64,000 bases of DNA from positions 1,338-65,337 of the forward strand of contig DASRSV010000030.1 of NCBI GenBank assembly GCA_035656255.1, written 5' to 3'. The notes below the pieces were generated by a model. The model made no database searches, was not told the origin of the DNA, and saw only the letters and a program-made list of their open reading frames with translations. Numbering within the stretch: position 1 is the first letter of the stretch; every line of letters starts with the position of its first letter. Shown here piece after piece: positions 17,996 to 27,563 of the stretch. Position numbers and translations under genes: made by a program. This DNA comes from Thermoplasmata archaeon. GTDB lineage: Archaea; Thermoplasmatota; Thermoplasmata; Lutacidiplasmatales; UBA184.

Positions 17996-19810
17996 ATGGT
18001 TCCCCCGGCGGCTCCGACCTCGACGCCGCCCGAAGCCACCGACCCGTGGGCCGCGCTCCTCGAGGCCGTCCAGCGAGGTCTCGCCGCCACCGTGCAGCAA
18101 CTGATCGGCGGCGTGGCCCCGCCGGAGCTCGCCGACGTTCTGGACACGACGGGAGGCGCGGACTGGGATATCGCCCTTCCGTGCCATCGGTTCGCGAAGG
18201 CGGCCGGCGTCGAGGTGGTGCCCCTTGCCGAGCGGCTCGCGGGGGCCTACGCTCCTCCTCCCGAGGTCGTCGCCGCGACGCCTGTGCGTGGCTACGTCAA
18301 CCTCCGGATTGACGCCGACTGGCTCACGGACACGACGCTCGCCCTCGTCTTCGCCCGTGGGCCGGCGTACGGGAGCGCGAATCCTTCGGGCGCGCCGGTC
18401 TGCGTCGAGCACACGAGCGCGAACCCGACCGGACCGCTCCACATCGGCCGCGTCCGCAACGGAATCATTGGCGACTCGCTGGCCCGCATCCTCCGCGCGG
18501 CCGGGCACCACGTCACGACGCAGTACTACGCGGACGACATGGGCCGGCAATCGGCGATGATCAGCTGGATCTGGTCGAAGCCGCCGAGCGAGTGGCCCGA
18601 GGTGATTCGGGGCGCGGTCCCCGATGCCGCGGCCCCGCTGGACGACGACCCGCGACCGGACAAGGCGTACGGCCGACCGTACCCCGCGGTCAGCGCCTAT
18701 CTCAAGGAGGACCGCGAGGCCGCGGCGGAGGTCGCAGCGATCGGCGAGCGTCTCGAGACCGGGGAGGTCCCGGCCGAGCATCGAAGGCTCGCCGACAGAA
18801 TCCTGCAGGGAATGCTGGCTTCGCTCGAACGGCTCCACATCGAGTTTGACGAGGTCGTTTGGGAATCCGGGCTCCTCACGGACGGGAGCGTCGCCGAGGT
18901 GGTCCGCCGATTGCGCGCCGCCCCGCACGCCGTCACCGAGGAGAACGGTGCGCTCGCGATCGATGCGACGACCTACGAGCTCCCGAAGGACGACGCGCAC
19001 GTCATCGTCATGCGAGCGAACGGGACGAGCCTCTACGTCACTCGGGACGTCGCCTATCATCTCGCGAAGTTCGCGCGGTTCCCCCGGACGATCGACGTCC
19101 TCGGGAGCGACCACCTCCTTCACGCAAAGACCCTCGGCGCCTTGCTCGACGAGATCGGCGAGGCGCGCCGCCCGGAGTTCGTCCTTTACCAGCTTGTCGC
19201 CCTCCCCGGCGGTGCAAAGATGTCCACGCGGGGCGGGTCCGCGGTCTATCTCGACACCTTGCTCGACGAGGCGGTCGTCCGCGCGCGGGCCGAGGTGCTC
19301 CAACGCCGCGAGGACCTCGCGACGGCGGACGTGGACGCGATCGCGGAGAGCGTCGGGGTCGGCTCGGTCCGCTACCACATCGCCCGGGTCGCCCCGGACA
19401 AGGCGGTCAAGTTCCAGTGGGAAGAGGCGCTCTCGTTCGAAGGTCGGAGCGGCCCGTTCGTCCAGTACGCCTACGCGCGCGCCTCGAGCATCTTGCGCAA
19501 GGCCGGTACGATCCCCTTGACGTGGACGCGACGACCGTCCGACCTCGCCGCGCCCGAAGAGCGCGCGCTCGTGCGGACGATCTCCCGCCTTCCGGGCCGG
19601 GTACTGTACGCCGCGAAGGGCGCGCACGTGCACGCGATCGCCGGGTACGCGCACGACCTGGCCGAGGAGTTCAATCGGTTCTATCAGCAGGTACCGGTGA
19701 TCCGGGCGGGTCCCGAACGCGAGAGCCGCTTGGCCCTCGTGCAGGCGGCGCGCCAGACGCTCGCAAACACTCTGGAGCTTCTCGGGCTTGACTCCCTCGA
19801 AGCGATGTGA
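17996..19810 (+). CDS. argS: Arginyl-tRNA synthetase
   Basis: VEHTSANPTGPLHIGRVRN, RANGTSLYVTRDVAYH, KMSTRGG, GPFVQYAYARASSIL. Confidence 0.96.
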   Translation: MVPPAAPTSTPPEATDPWAALLEAVQRGLAATVQQLIGGVAPPELADVLDTTGGADWDIALPCHRFAKAAGVEVVPLAERLAGAYAPPPEVVAATPVRGYVNLRIDADWLTDTTLALVFARGPAYGSANPSGAPVCVEHTSANPTGPLHIGRVRNGIIGDSLARILRAAGHHVTTQYYADDMGRQSAMISWIWSKPPSEWPEVIRGAVPDAAAPLDDDPRPDKAYGRPYPAVSAYLKEDREAAAEVAAIGERLETGEVPAEHRRLADRILQGMLASLERLHIEFDEVVWESGLLTDGSVAEVVRRLRAAPHAVTEENGALAIDATTYELPKDDAHVIVMRANGTSLYVTRDVAYHLAKFARFPRTIDVLGSDHLLHAKTLGALLDEIGEARRPEFVLYQLVALPGGAKMSTRGGSAVYLDTLLDEAVVRARAEVLQRREDLATADVDAIAESVGVGSVRYHIARVAPDKAVKFQWEEALSFEGRSGPFVQYAYARASSILRKAGTIPLTWTRRPSDLAAPEERALVRTISRLPGRVLYAAKGAHVHAIAGYAHDLAEEFNRFYQQVPVIRAGPERESRLALVQAARQTLANTLELLGLDSLEAM

Positions 19811-19903
19811 GCCTAGGCCCGGGGAACGTTCGCTCGGAATCGCGGTTCGCGGCAGCGAAGTTTCTATCTAGGATGATTCCGTCGCTCGGCCGAGGTGCCT
19901 TGC

Positions 19904-20314
19904 ATGGGAATCCTGGACGAGCTCAAGGCGTTCGCGCTGAAGGGTAGCGTCGTCGACATGGCGGTGGGGATCATCATCGGTACTGCATTCACCGCACTCA
20001 TCACCGCGCTCGTCGGCGACATCTTCCTACCGCTGATCTCGATCCCGGGTTCGGTCGACTTCTCGACCGTCCAGACGCTCGTCGGCCACGGCCTGTTCAA
20101 GGAAGGGGCGTTCCTGACGGAGCTGATCGCGTTCATCATCATCGTACTGGTCGTCTTCTTCCTCATCGTGAAGCCGGTACAGATGCGCCGCGACCGGGCC
20201 GAGGCGCAAAAACCGAAGGCGGCCGCGACGACAAAGGAGTGCCCGTACTGCATCTCGCAGGTCCCTCTCAAGGCGACGCGCTGCATGTACTGCACGAGCC
20301 AGCTGACGGCCTAG
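19904..20314 (+). CDS. mscL: Large-conductance mechanosensitive channel with a C-terminal CxxC/CxxC ribbon
   Basis: ELKAFALKGSVVDMAVGIIIGTAF, GAFL..LIAF, ECPYC...RCMYC. Confidence 0.92.
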   Translation: MGILDELKAFALKGSVVDMAVGIIIGTAFTALITALVGDIFLPLISIPGSVDFSTVQTLVGHGLFKEGAFLTELIAFIIIVLVVFFLIVKPVQMRRDRAEAQKPKAAATTKECPYCISQVPLKATRCMYCTSQLTA

Positions 20315-20335
20315 GTCCGTTCGCGCCGGCCGGCG

Positions 20336-21028
20336 TTAACGCCCGCGCACGGTTGGATCTCGTACCCCGGCGGCCGCGAATCCCTTGGCTCGCAAGCGGC
20401 ATGCATCGCAACGGCCGCACGGGGAACGGCCCCCCGCGTAGCAGCTCCAGGTGAGCCCCCAGGGAACTCCCAGCCGTTCCCCGCGGCGGACGATTTCCGC
20501 CTTCGACCACCGAAGCAGGGGCGCGACGATCTCGGGAGCCCACCCGCGCTCCACGCCCGAGCGGGTCGCGAGGCGGGCAAGACGGCGGAAGGCGCGAAAG
20601 TATTCCGGCCGACAGTCCGGGTAGCCGGAGTAGTCGACGGCGTTGGCGCCGAGGTAGATCCTTCCCAGATCTTCACCTTCGGCGTAGCCCAGCGCCACCG
20701 CGAGGAACACGGTGTTCCGCGCCGGCACGTACGTCGCCGGGATGAGTCGTCCGGTTCGCTTCGGGCGTGGGAGGGCGCGCCCCGGACGCGTGAGCGCGGA
20801 AGGGAGCAGCTGCGCGACCGGCAGCTTGACCACGAGGTGCCGCCGCACCCCGTAATGGGACGCCAGGCGCCGAGCGCTCGCGACTTCGCGGTGGTGCCGC
20901 TGGCCGTAGGAGAACGTGATCGCGTCGACCTTCCGCTCCGACGCCGAGGCGATGGCGAGCGCGGTCGCTGAGTCCATGCCCCCCGACAGGAGGACTACGG
21001 CACCTTCGGGCCCCCGGTCGGTCCTCAC
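20336..21028 (-). CDS. queC: 7-cyano-7-deazaguanine synthase
   Basis: VVLLSGGMDS, YGQRH, TYVPARN, DYSGYPDCRP, TWSCY..PCGRCDAC. Confidence 0.95.
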   Translation of the reverse strand: MRTDRGPEGAVVLLSGGMDSATALAIASASERKVDAITFSYGQRHHREVASARRLASHYGVRRHLVVKLPVAQLLPSALTRPGRALPRPKRTGRLIPATYVPARNTVFLAVALGYAEGEDLGRIYLGANAVDYSGYPDCRPEYFRAFRRLARLATRSGVERGWAPEIVAPLLRWSKAEIVRRGERLGVPWGLTWSCYAGGRSPCGRCDACRLRAKGFAAAGVRDPTVRGR

Positions 21029-21786
21029 AGCGGGACCCCCAGCACGGCGAGCAGGACGAGGGCGAGGACGACGGTGGCGAGCATCGCGAAGAAGTTCGTC
21101 GTCCCCTTCGTGAGCAGCCCCCGATTCTCGAGGAGCTCGCCCATCACGCTGTCGATCTGACATCCCGTGAACCCCGCCAGGAGGGAGATGGCCAAGAACG
21201 AGGCGGGCTGGAGGTCCGGGCTCCCGAAGACGAAGAAGAGGACCAAGCCGACGACCGCGGTCGCCGCCGCCCCGACGATCGCCCAGACCTCGCCGACGAC
21301 CGAGACCCCGCCGTTCGTCCCGGGGGGGACCCGGCGGAACGTGAGGATGCTCCGCGCTCGACCGACCAGGACGCCGAACTCGCTCGCGAACGTGTCGGCC
21401 GAACCGAACGCCAACGCGGCCGTGTAGGCGACGGCGAGCGCCGGCGCCGAGAGCGTATCGGGGGAGACGAACGACGTCACGACGAGCGCGGTCGGGATCA
21501 CGATGTGCGCCAGGACGTTCGAGATCCCGCGTTCGCCGCGGGTTCCCTCCTGGAGCTTCGCGCGGGCCTTCTCCTCGAAGCCGTACCGGGTCGCGAGAAC
21601 GCTCCCGACGACGAACAGGACAAGGAGGATCAGGTAGGGGAACCCGCCGAAGACCACGATGATCGCACCGAAGACCGCGGCCACGAGCCCCGCGAGCGAG
21701 GTGAGCGCGCGCGCGGCGACCGCGGCGCTGGCGAGTCCCGCCGTCGCCGCGACGCCGACCGCGGCGAGGAGGAGGGGGAGAACCAA
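21025..21786 (-). CDS. DUF92/TMEM19-family membrane protein
   Basis: GERGISNVLA, ADTFASEFG, VPPGTNGGVS, DSVMGELLE, NFFA. Confidence 0.88.
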   Translation of the reverse strand: MVLPLLLAAVGVAATAGLASAAVAARALTSLAGLVAAVFGAIIVVFGGFPYLILLVLFVVGSVLATRYGFEEKARAKLQEGTRGERGISNVLAHIVIPTALVVTSFVSPDTLSAPALAVAYTAALAFGSADTFASEFGVLVGRARSILTFRRVPPGTNGGVSVVGEVWAIVGAAATAVVGLVLFFVFGSPDLQPASFLAISLLAGFTGCQIDSVMGELLENRGLLTKGTTNFFAMLATVVLALVLLAVLGVPL

Positions 21787-21855
21787 CCCGGGGACCCTCC
21801 GCTGGGGCTACGGCGGCGCGGAAAAATGTGTCGACTCGAGCCCGGGACGCCCCGT

Positions 21856-22437
21856 CTAGCCGCAGTTGAGGATCCACTGCGCGGCGGCGCGGAAGCTCGG
21901 TGCCCGGATGTCAGGTCGTACCGGACTTTGAGCGATCTCGCGGCGACTCTCTCGTTCGTGGCCGAATTGGGGGACGAGAACGGTGAGCAGTCCCAGCCGC
22001 TCGCCCGCTTCCATGTCGAGCGCCCGATCACCGATCACGGCGCTACCCGGGAACCGTACGCCGAGATCGTGCGACGCCTGTTCGAAGAGCAGCGTTCCTG
22101 GCTTACGGCACGCACACCCACGCTCCGGGGCGTGCGGACAGTAGTAGAATGCGTCGATCGAGGCACCGCCACGGGCAAGCAGTTCTTGGAGTCGCGCGTG
22201 GATCCGGTCGACATCCTCCGCCGTGTAGAACCCCCGTTCCACGCCGGACTGGTTCGTGACGCAGACGACCCGATACCCGTGGCGACGGAGCAGCCCGATC
22301 GCCTCGGGCACGCCCCGGTACAGCTCGAGGCGAGCCGGGTCGGACAGGTAGTGGAGGTCGGGGTTCAGGGTTCCGTCCCGGTCGACGAACACCGCCCGCC
22401 CAGCCCGCGCGCTTGCACCGTTGCCGGAGGAGTTCAT
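21856..22437 (-). CDS. HAD-IIIA phosphatase, GmhB/HisB-like
   Basis: VFVDRDGTL, VTNQSGV, YCPHAPERGCACRKPG, VIGDR..D. Confidence 0.9.
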   Translation of the reverse strand: MNSSGNGASARAGRAVFVDRDGTLNPDLHYLSDPARLELYRGVPEAIGLLRRHGYRVVCVTNQSGVERGFYTAEDVDRIHARLQELLARGGASIDAFYYCPHAPERGCACRKPGTLLFEQASHDLGVRFPGSAVIGDRALDMEAGERLGLLTVLVPQFGHERESRREIAQSPVRPDIRAPSFRAAAQWILNCG

Positions 22438-22529
22438 CCGGATCCGTAGGCTCCCGAACCGTTGAATCGCGGAGACGGAAAAGGCTCATCGGTCGATGGA
22501 TCCCATCCCACCGGATCGACCGACCGCCG

Positions 22530-23282
22530 ATGACCGATCGACTCGGGGAGGAGCTCGCCGACCGCATCCGGGCCGCGACGGCGGCATCGGTGAGCGGGTG
22601 GAGGTCGGCGGAGCTCCTGTTCTCGGGCGGCCTCGACTCCGCGGTGGTCGCAGCGGCGTGCCCGAGCGATCTCGACCTGACGCTCGTGACGGTCGGGGCG
22701 GCCGGGAGCGACGACGCCTCGGTCGCCCCGCGTGCCGCGGAACTACTGCACCGTCCGCACCGCGCCCGGACCTTCGATTCCGCCGATGTTGTGCGGGCGA
22801 CGACCGCGATGGAGACTGAGCTCCAGAGCGCGTCGCCCCCCTTCCGCAGCGCGCTCGCCGCCCTGAGCCTCGCCCTCGAAGCGACCGAAGGCGAGCACGT
22901 GCTGTGCGGCCAAGGCGCGGACGAGCTGTTCTATGGTTACGCCCACTTCCACTCGGTCGACGTTCACGCGGCGATCCGGCTCGGCGACGCCGACCTCGCT
23001 CGGCTGCTCGAGCGGGACTGGCCTCAAACCGTCCGGTTGGCGCAGGAGGGCGGCCGCGCGCTTCGCTCGCCGTTTCTCGAGGAGCGGTTTCTCGAGTGGG
23101 CTCGGACGCTGGCACCCAGCGAGCGTTACCTTCGGGGTCGGCCGAAGCACCTGCTTCGGTCGGCCGCTCGTGCGCTCGGGGTGCCTGAGTCGATCGCCGG
23201 TCGCCCGAAGAAGGCGATCCAGTTCGGGAGCGGCCTCGACCGCTTGGCGAGGGCGGGAACGAGGGTCACGCCCCGCGGGTGA
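22530..23282 (+). CDS. Asparagine synthetase C-terminal (PP-loop) domain protein, no glutaminase domain
   Basis: LFSGGLDS, GQGADELFYGY, RSPFL, K.LLR.AA, RPKKAIQFGSG. Confidence 0.85.
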   Translation: MTDRLGEELADRIRAATAASVSGWRSAELLFSGGLDSAVVAAACPSDLDLTLVTVGAAGSDDASVAPRAAELLHRPHRARTFDSADVVRATTAMETELQSASPPFRSALAALSLALEATEGEHVLCGQGADELFYGYAHFHSVDVHAAIRLGDADLARLLERDWPQTVRLAQEGGRALRSPFLEERFLEWARTLAPSERYLRGRPKHLLRSAARALGVPESIAGRPKKAIQFGSGLDRLARAGTRVTPRG

Positions 23283-24225
23283 TCCGCGTCCCGGCGTCGT
23301 TCCGCATCGCGCGCCGCAGCGAGGGGATGTCGGTGATGATCACTCGTTCTCCGCCGTTCGCGAGGAACTCCAGACCCGCCTCCACCTTCGGCCGCATCGA
23401 CCCCTCAGCGAACTCGCCGGCTTCGAGGGCCTGCTGCATCTCGGAGGCGGTCGTGGCGCCGACCCACCGCTCCCACGCCTTGCCGAACCCCAACGCCACC
23501 GCGGGGACGTCGGTGACGATCACGAGCGCCGCCGCGCGTAGCTCACGAGCCACCAGCGCGCTCGAAAGGTCCTTGTCGATCACGGCGTCGACCCCCTGAA
23601 CGGTGCCGTCGTCGCCGCGTACGACCGGGACGCCGCCCCCTCCGGCGACCACCGGGACCACGAGGTGCGCGGCCGGTCCTTCCATGAGCAGCCGGACCGC
23701 CGAGGCCTCCAACCACGCGACCGGACGCGGCGACGGAACGAGGCGGCGCCAGCCTCCGCGGGCCCCATCAAATACGAGCTGCCAGCCTTCCCGCTTCCTA
23801 AGGAGCCGGGCCTCCTCCTCGGAGTAGAACCGCCCGACGGGCTTGGTCGGAGTGCGGAACGCTGGGTCCTTCGGCGACACTTCGACCCGGCTCACGAGGA
23901 CCAGGACGGTGCGCGCCGCCCCGGCTCGATCGAGGGCCGGCGTCAGCTCCTGCTGGATCAGGTACCCGATCTGGCCCTCCGTCTCCGCGTTTAGCGCCGA
24001 GAGCGGCCGGCGTGGGACCTCTCGCTCGGCGAGTTCCACCTGACGGAGAAGGGCCCCGACCTGAGGTCCGTTGCCGTGGGTCAGGATCAGGTCGTGCCCG
24101 TCGGCGACGAGCTCCGCGAGCGCCGGCGCGGTCGCGCGCATTCGGCCGACCGCCTCGTCCCACGCGAGGCTCCCGCCCGGGCGCGCGAGGGCGTTGCCCC
24201 CCAGTGCGACCACGATCCGGGACAT
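23266..24225 (-). CDS. arcC: Carbamate kinase
   Basis: VVALGGNAL, THGNGPQVG, PTKPVG, RRLVPSP.P, AVIDKD, GSMRPKV. Confidence 0.94.
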   Translation of the reverse strand: MSRIVVALGGNALARPGGSLAWDEAVGRMRATAPALAELVADGHDLILTHGNGPQVGALLRQVELAEREVPRRPLSALNAETEGQIGYLIQQELTPALDRAGAARTVLVLVSRVEVSPKDPAFRTPTKPVGRFYSEEEARLLRKREGWQLVFDGARGGWRRLVPSPRPVAWLEASAVRLLMEGPAAHLVVPVVAGGGGVPVVRGDDGTVQGVDAVIDKDLSSALVARELRAAALVIVTDVPAVALGFGKAWERWVGATTASEMQQALEAGEFAEGSMRPKVEAGLEFLANGGERVIITDIPSLRRAMRNDAGTRITRGA

Positions 24226-24427
24226 TGCTCAGCCTTAAGGGGGCCAGCGAAGGATGTGTAGATTGTCGTCGCGCGCCGGAACGTCTTCTTGGCCAGCCGT
24301 ACGGCATACCGATGGAATAGAACCGAAGTACGCTCCATCGAGGTTTATGAGGCCCGAGCCGGCCCACGCCCTCAGGTAAGCCCGCTCCCATGGATCGGGC
24401 GTTGGGGAAACCCGCAGGGAAGGAAGC

Positions 24428-25360
24428 ATGCAGACCGATCGAAGCGAGACTATCTCGAACCTTCGCAGTGGACGCGGACGTCGTCGGGCCGCGTGGTCCG
24501 GCGTCGCCGGAGCCTTGGCGGTGTCGCTCGTCCTGCTGGTCGCCCCGTCCGTCGGAGCATTCCGTCCGCACACGTATGTCGCCCCGTACCGGGGCACGGC
24601 GGCGACGCCGCTCAACTCGGTCTCGACGGGCGGCCGCTGCCACTCCGCGGCGGTGGTCACCTCCCAGCACTGGCTCCCCAAGACCGGGAACGCGACGTCG
24701 CTCACCACAGCGATTACCCACGGCTGTGCTTCGACCGCCCTCGGGACGGCGTACGGGTACGGCACGGCGTATGGAGAGCTCCAGGTCCTGTGGCCGTTCA
24801 CCGTGGTGACGGGAACGCACAATTTCACCGTGAACGTCTCGTATGCGTTCACGATCCAGATGCCGACGGTCGGCTCGTTCTCCTGCCGACAGGCGAAGAA
24901 CGTGCCGGGGCAGTACACCTACAGCTACTGCGCCTTCAATCGGTCGGCCACCGTCCAGTGGGGGTTCGAGCTGTTCGACCAGACGAACGGGAGCTCGCTC
25001 TCCGCGGGCAGCGCCACCGGCCCGTTCTTCTTCAACTCGAGCTTCCAGGGGAACAACTCGTACTGTTCGGGCGGGAAGTGCTCCTCCAACAACTACAGCC
25101 GCAGCTGCTCGTCGCCGAACCCGTGCGTCGCGGCGGGGACCCTGCAGCGCGGGACGACCAGCCTCTTTCTCAACACGCGAACGACGTCGCCCGGGTGGAC
25201 GCTGAACGGGAATCACAAGCTGTGGCTGGTGCTCTGGTTCAGCAGCTCCGCGCTGATCTTCATGGACGGCTACGGCTCGGGAAACTCCGCCGGCGCCTCC
25301 GTCAATGCCGCCACGCTCGGGAATTCCGGTTGGCAGGTGACCTCGATCACCATCCACTGA
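24428..25360 (+). CDS. Secreted Cys-patterned beta-rich protein (unrecognised family, copy 1)
   Basis: Signal peptide; Thr/Ser/Asn-rich; motifs shared with 38232, 46217 and 47226. Confidence 0.8.
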   Translation: MQTDRSETISNLRSGRGRRRAAWSGVAGALAVSLVLLVAPSVGAFRPHTYVAPYRGTAATPLNSVSTGGRCHSAAVVTSQHWLPKTGNATSLTTAITHGCASTALGTAYGYGTAYGELQVLWPFTVVTGTHNFTVNVSYAFTIQMPTVGSFSCRQAKNVPGQYTYSYCAFNRSATVQWGFELFDQTNGSSLSAGSATGPFFFNSSFQGNNSYCSGGKCSSNNYSRSCSSPNPCVAAGTLQRGTTSLFLNTRTTSPGWTLNGNHKLWLVLWFSSSALIFMDGYGSGNSAGASVNAATLGNSGWQVTSITIH

Positions 25361-25454
25361 GAGCAGATCGGGGGCGGGGTCCCCCGGATCCGCGCCCCAA
25401 ACCCTCGCGGCGGCCCCCGTGGCTCCTCTCGGGCGCCGCCGCTCGCCTCCCGCC

Positions 25455-25460
25455 TATATA
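25455..25460 (+). promoter_or_regulatory. TATA box of purB (probably leaderless mRNA)
   Basis: TATATA ~23 nt before GTG 25483; no SD. Confidence 0.6.
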
Positions 25461-25482
25461 CACGAGCCCGGCTCACGCCGCC

Positions 25483-26847
25483 GTGGCGGACGACGCGGCC
25501 GCGCTCTTCTGCCCGCTCGAGTTCCGGTACGGTCGACCGGAGGTCCGCGCGCTCTTCTCGCGTGAGGCGCGCCTCGCCCGCGCGCTCCAGGTGGAGGCGG
25601 CGCTCGCGGAGAGCGAGGCCGAGCTGGGAATGATCCCGGCCGACGCCGCGCGCTCGATCGCCCGAGCGGCGAAAGGGAGCGCCGTGACGCTCGAACGGGT
25701 CGACGAGCTGGAGCGAGCGACCCGCCACGACGTGATGGCCATCACCCGCGCGCTCGCCGAGGCGGCCGGCGACGGGGGCGCCTGGGTGCACTTCGGCGCG
25801 ACCTCGGCCGACATCACCGACACGGCCCTAGCCCTCGAGCTCAAGGAAGCCGCGGCGGTGCTCCGCCACGACCTGACCGAGCTCGGCGGGCGGCTCCTCG
25901 AGCTCGCGCGGAAGCATCGGGCCACGCCGGAGGTCGGGCGGACGCACGGCCAGCACGCCGTACCCATCAGTTTCGGTTACAAGATGGCGGTCGCCGCGGC
26001 CGAAGTGACGCGGCACCGCCGTCGTCTCGACGAGCTGCTCCCTCGGCTCGCTGTCGGCAAGATGGCCGGCGCGGTCGGGACCGGCTCGGGGTTCGGCGCG
26101 AACGCCGAGGCAGTCGAGGTGGCCACGATGCTCCGCCTCGGCCTCGGGGTCGACGAGGCCCCGACGCAGGTCGTGGGCCGCGACCGGCACGCCGAGCTCA
26201 CGAACCTCCTCGCGCTGATCGCCGGCACCGCCGAACGGCTCTCGGGCGAGGTGCGGAACCTCCAGCGATCCGAGATCGCCGAGGTGCGGGAGCCGTTCGA
26301 TGAACGGCACCAGGTCGGCAGCTCGACGATGGCGCAGAAGCGCAACCCGGTCGTGAGCGAGAACGTCGGGTCGCTCGCGCGGCTTGTGCGGGCCTTCGCC
26401 CTCCCGCCCCTCGAGAACATCGCGCTCTGGCACGAACGCGACCTGACCAATTCGGCGAACGAGCGGATCGTCCTTCCGCACGCCCTCGTGCTGACGGACG
26501 ATCTTCTCGCGAAGCTGAGCGGCATCTTCGCCGACCTTCAGGTCGACGCTCAGCGGATGTCCGAGACGCTCGCGGCCTCGGAGGGGAGCGTGATGTCCGA
26601 GAACCTCATGCTCGCGCTGACGACCCGCGGGGTCGCCCGTTCGGACGCCCACGAGATGCTCCGGAGCCTCACGAGCCCCGGCGCCAGCGGCACGCTCGCG
26701 ACGCGGACGAAGGCCGACGCCCGCGTCCGGAAGTACCTCCGGCCCGAGGAGGTCGATGGGCTCCTCGATCCGCGGTCGTACGTGCTCGCGGCGGCCGCGA
26801 AGACCGACCGGATCGTCACCCGCCTCGAGACCGAGCTCGCCGCGTGA
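25483..26847 (+). CDS. purB: Adenylosuccinate lyase
   Basis: TRHDVMA, VHFGATSADI, GRTHGQHA, GSSTMAQKRNP, HERDLTNSANER. Confidence 0.96.
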   Translation: MADDAAALFCPLEFRYGRPEVRALFSREARLARALQVEAALAESEAELGMIPADAARSIARAAKGSAVTLERVDELERATRHDVMAITRALAEAAGDGGAWVHFGATSADITDTALALELKEAAAVLRHDLTELGGRLLELARKHRATPEVGRTHGQHAVPISFGYKMAVAAAEVTRHRRRLDELLPRLAVGKMAGAVGTGSGFGANAEAVEVATMLRLGLGVDEAPTQVVGRDRHAELTNLLALIAGTAERLSGEVRNLQRSEIAEVREPFDERHQVGSSTMAQKRNPVVSENVGSLARLVRAFALPPLENIALWHERDLTNSANERIVLPHALVLTDDLLAKLSGIFADLQVDAQRMSETLAASEGSVMSENLMLALTTRGVARSDAHEMLRSLTSPGASGTLATRTKADARVRKYLRPEEVDGLLDPRSYVLAAAAKTDRIVTRLETELAA

Positions 26848-27116
26848 ACGCCGCGCGGCCGCGCTGGACCGCGTCGCTCGAGGTGCGGGCGGGCTCGAAG
26901 GCGGTCGCCGGACGCTGGCGCGTCGCCCTGGGTCCCGAGTCGCAACGTGAGATTCCCCGGGCGACCGCCCGCATCGGCCGCATCCCGGACGCGACCGTTC
27001 GGGTGCACCTGGAAGCGCCGACGCCCGGCGCGCTCCGGGCCGCGGTCAACACGTACCTCGGCTGGTTCGACCTGCTGGCCCGGGCCTCGCAGGTCGCTGA
27101 ATCCCCCGTCGACTGA
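26844..27116 (+). CDS. pcc1: KEOPS complex subunit Pcc1
   Basis: ALGPE...LEAPTPGALRAAVNTYLGW; position next to pfdB. Confidence 0.8.
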   Translation: MNAARPRWTASLEVRAGSKAVAGRWRVALGPESQREIPRATARIGRIPDATVRVHLEAPTPGALRAAVNTYLGWFDLLARASQVAESPVD

Positions 27117-27172
27117 CCGTTCCGCCGCCGCCTCCCGCAGTGCTTATCACGCGAGCGTCGCGTGGACGCACC

Positions 27173-27553
27173 GTGGCCCTTCCGGCGAAGCTCCAGAACG
27201 ACCTGCGGCAGTTCCAACGTTTGCAGCAGGACCTGGGGGCGGTCAGCCAACAGCGGCTCCAGTTCGACCTGAAGCTGCGCGAGATCACCCACACCCTCGA
27301 GGAGCTCAAGACGATCCCGGAGGATGCCGGGCTCTACCGACCGATTGGGAGCCTCCTCGTCCGGGCGAAGAGCCGGCAGGAGGTCGTCGACCTCCTGACC
27401 GAGGAGAAGGAGACGCTCGAGGTGCGGCTGAAGGCCGCCGAGCGCCAGGAGAACGGACTCAAGGAACGATACTCCACCATGCAACGCGAGCTCTCCGACG
27501 CCCTGCAAGCCGCCGGGGTCGCTCCGGCCGGCGCGGCGACCGGCGAACCGTAG
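27173..27553 (+). CDS. pfdB: Prefoldin beta subunit
   Basis: LP.KLQN.L.QFQ.LQQ, LYRPIGSLLV, EEKETLEVRL. Confidence 0.92.
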   Translation: MALPAKLQNDLRQFQRLQQDLGAVSQQRLQFDLKLREITHTLEELKTIPEDAGLYRPIGSLLVRAKSRQEVVDLLTEEKETLEVRLKAAERQENGLKERYSTMQRELSDALQAAGVAPAGAATGEP

Positions 27554-27563
27554 CCGCCGCCCG

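Noticed and set aside
20336..21877. 513-aa extended QueC
   Set aside because: The N-terminal part is a shadow of the DUF92 gene; QueC starts at GTG 21028
24289..26847. 852-aa PurB fusion in the ORF track
   Set aside because: The upstream part is an off-frame shadow of the 24428-25360 gene; PurB starts at 25483 behind its own TATA box
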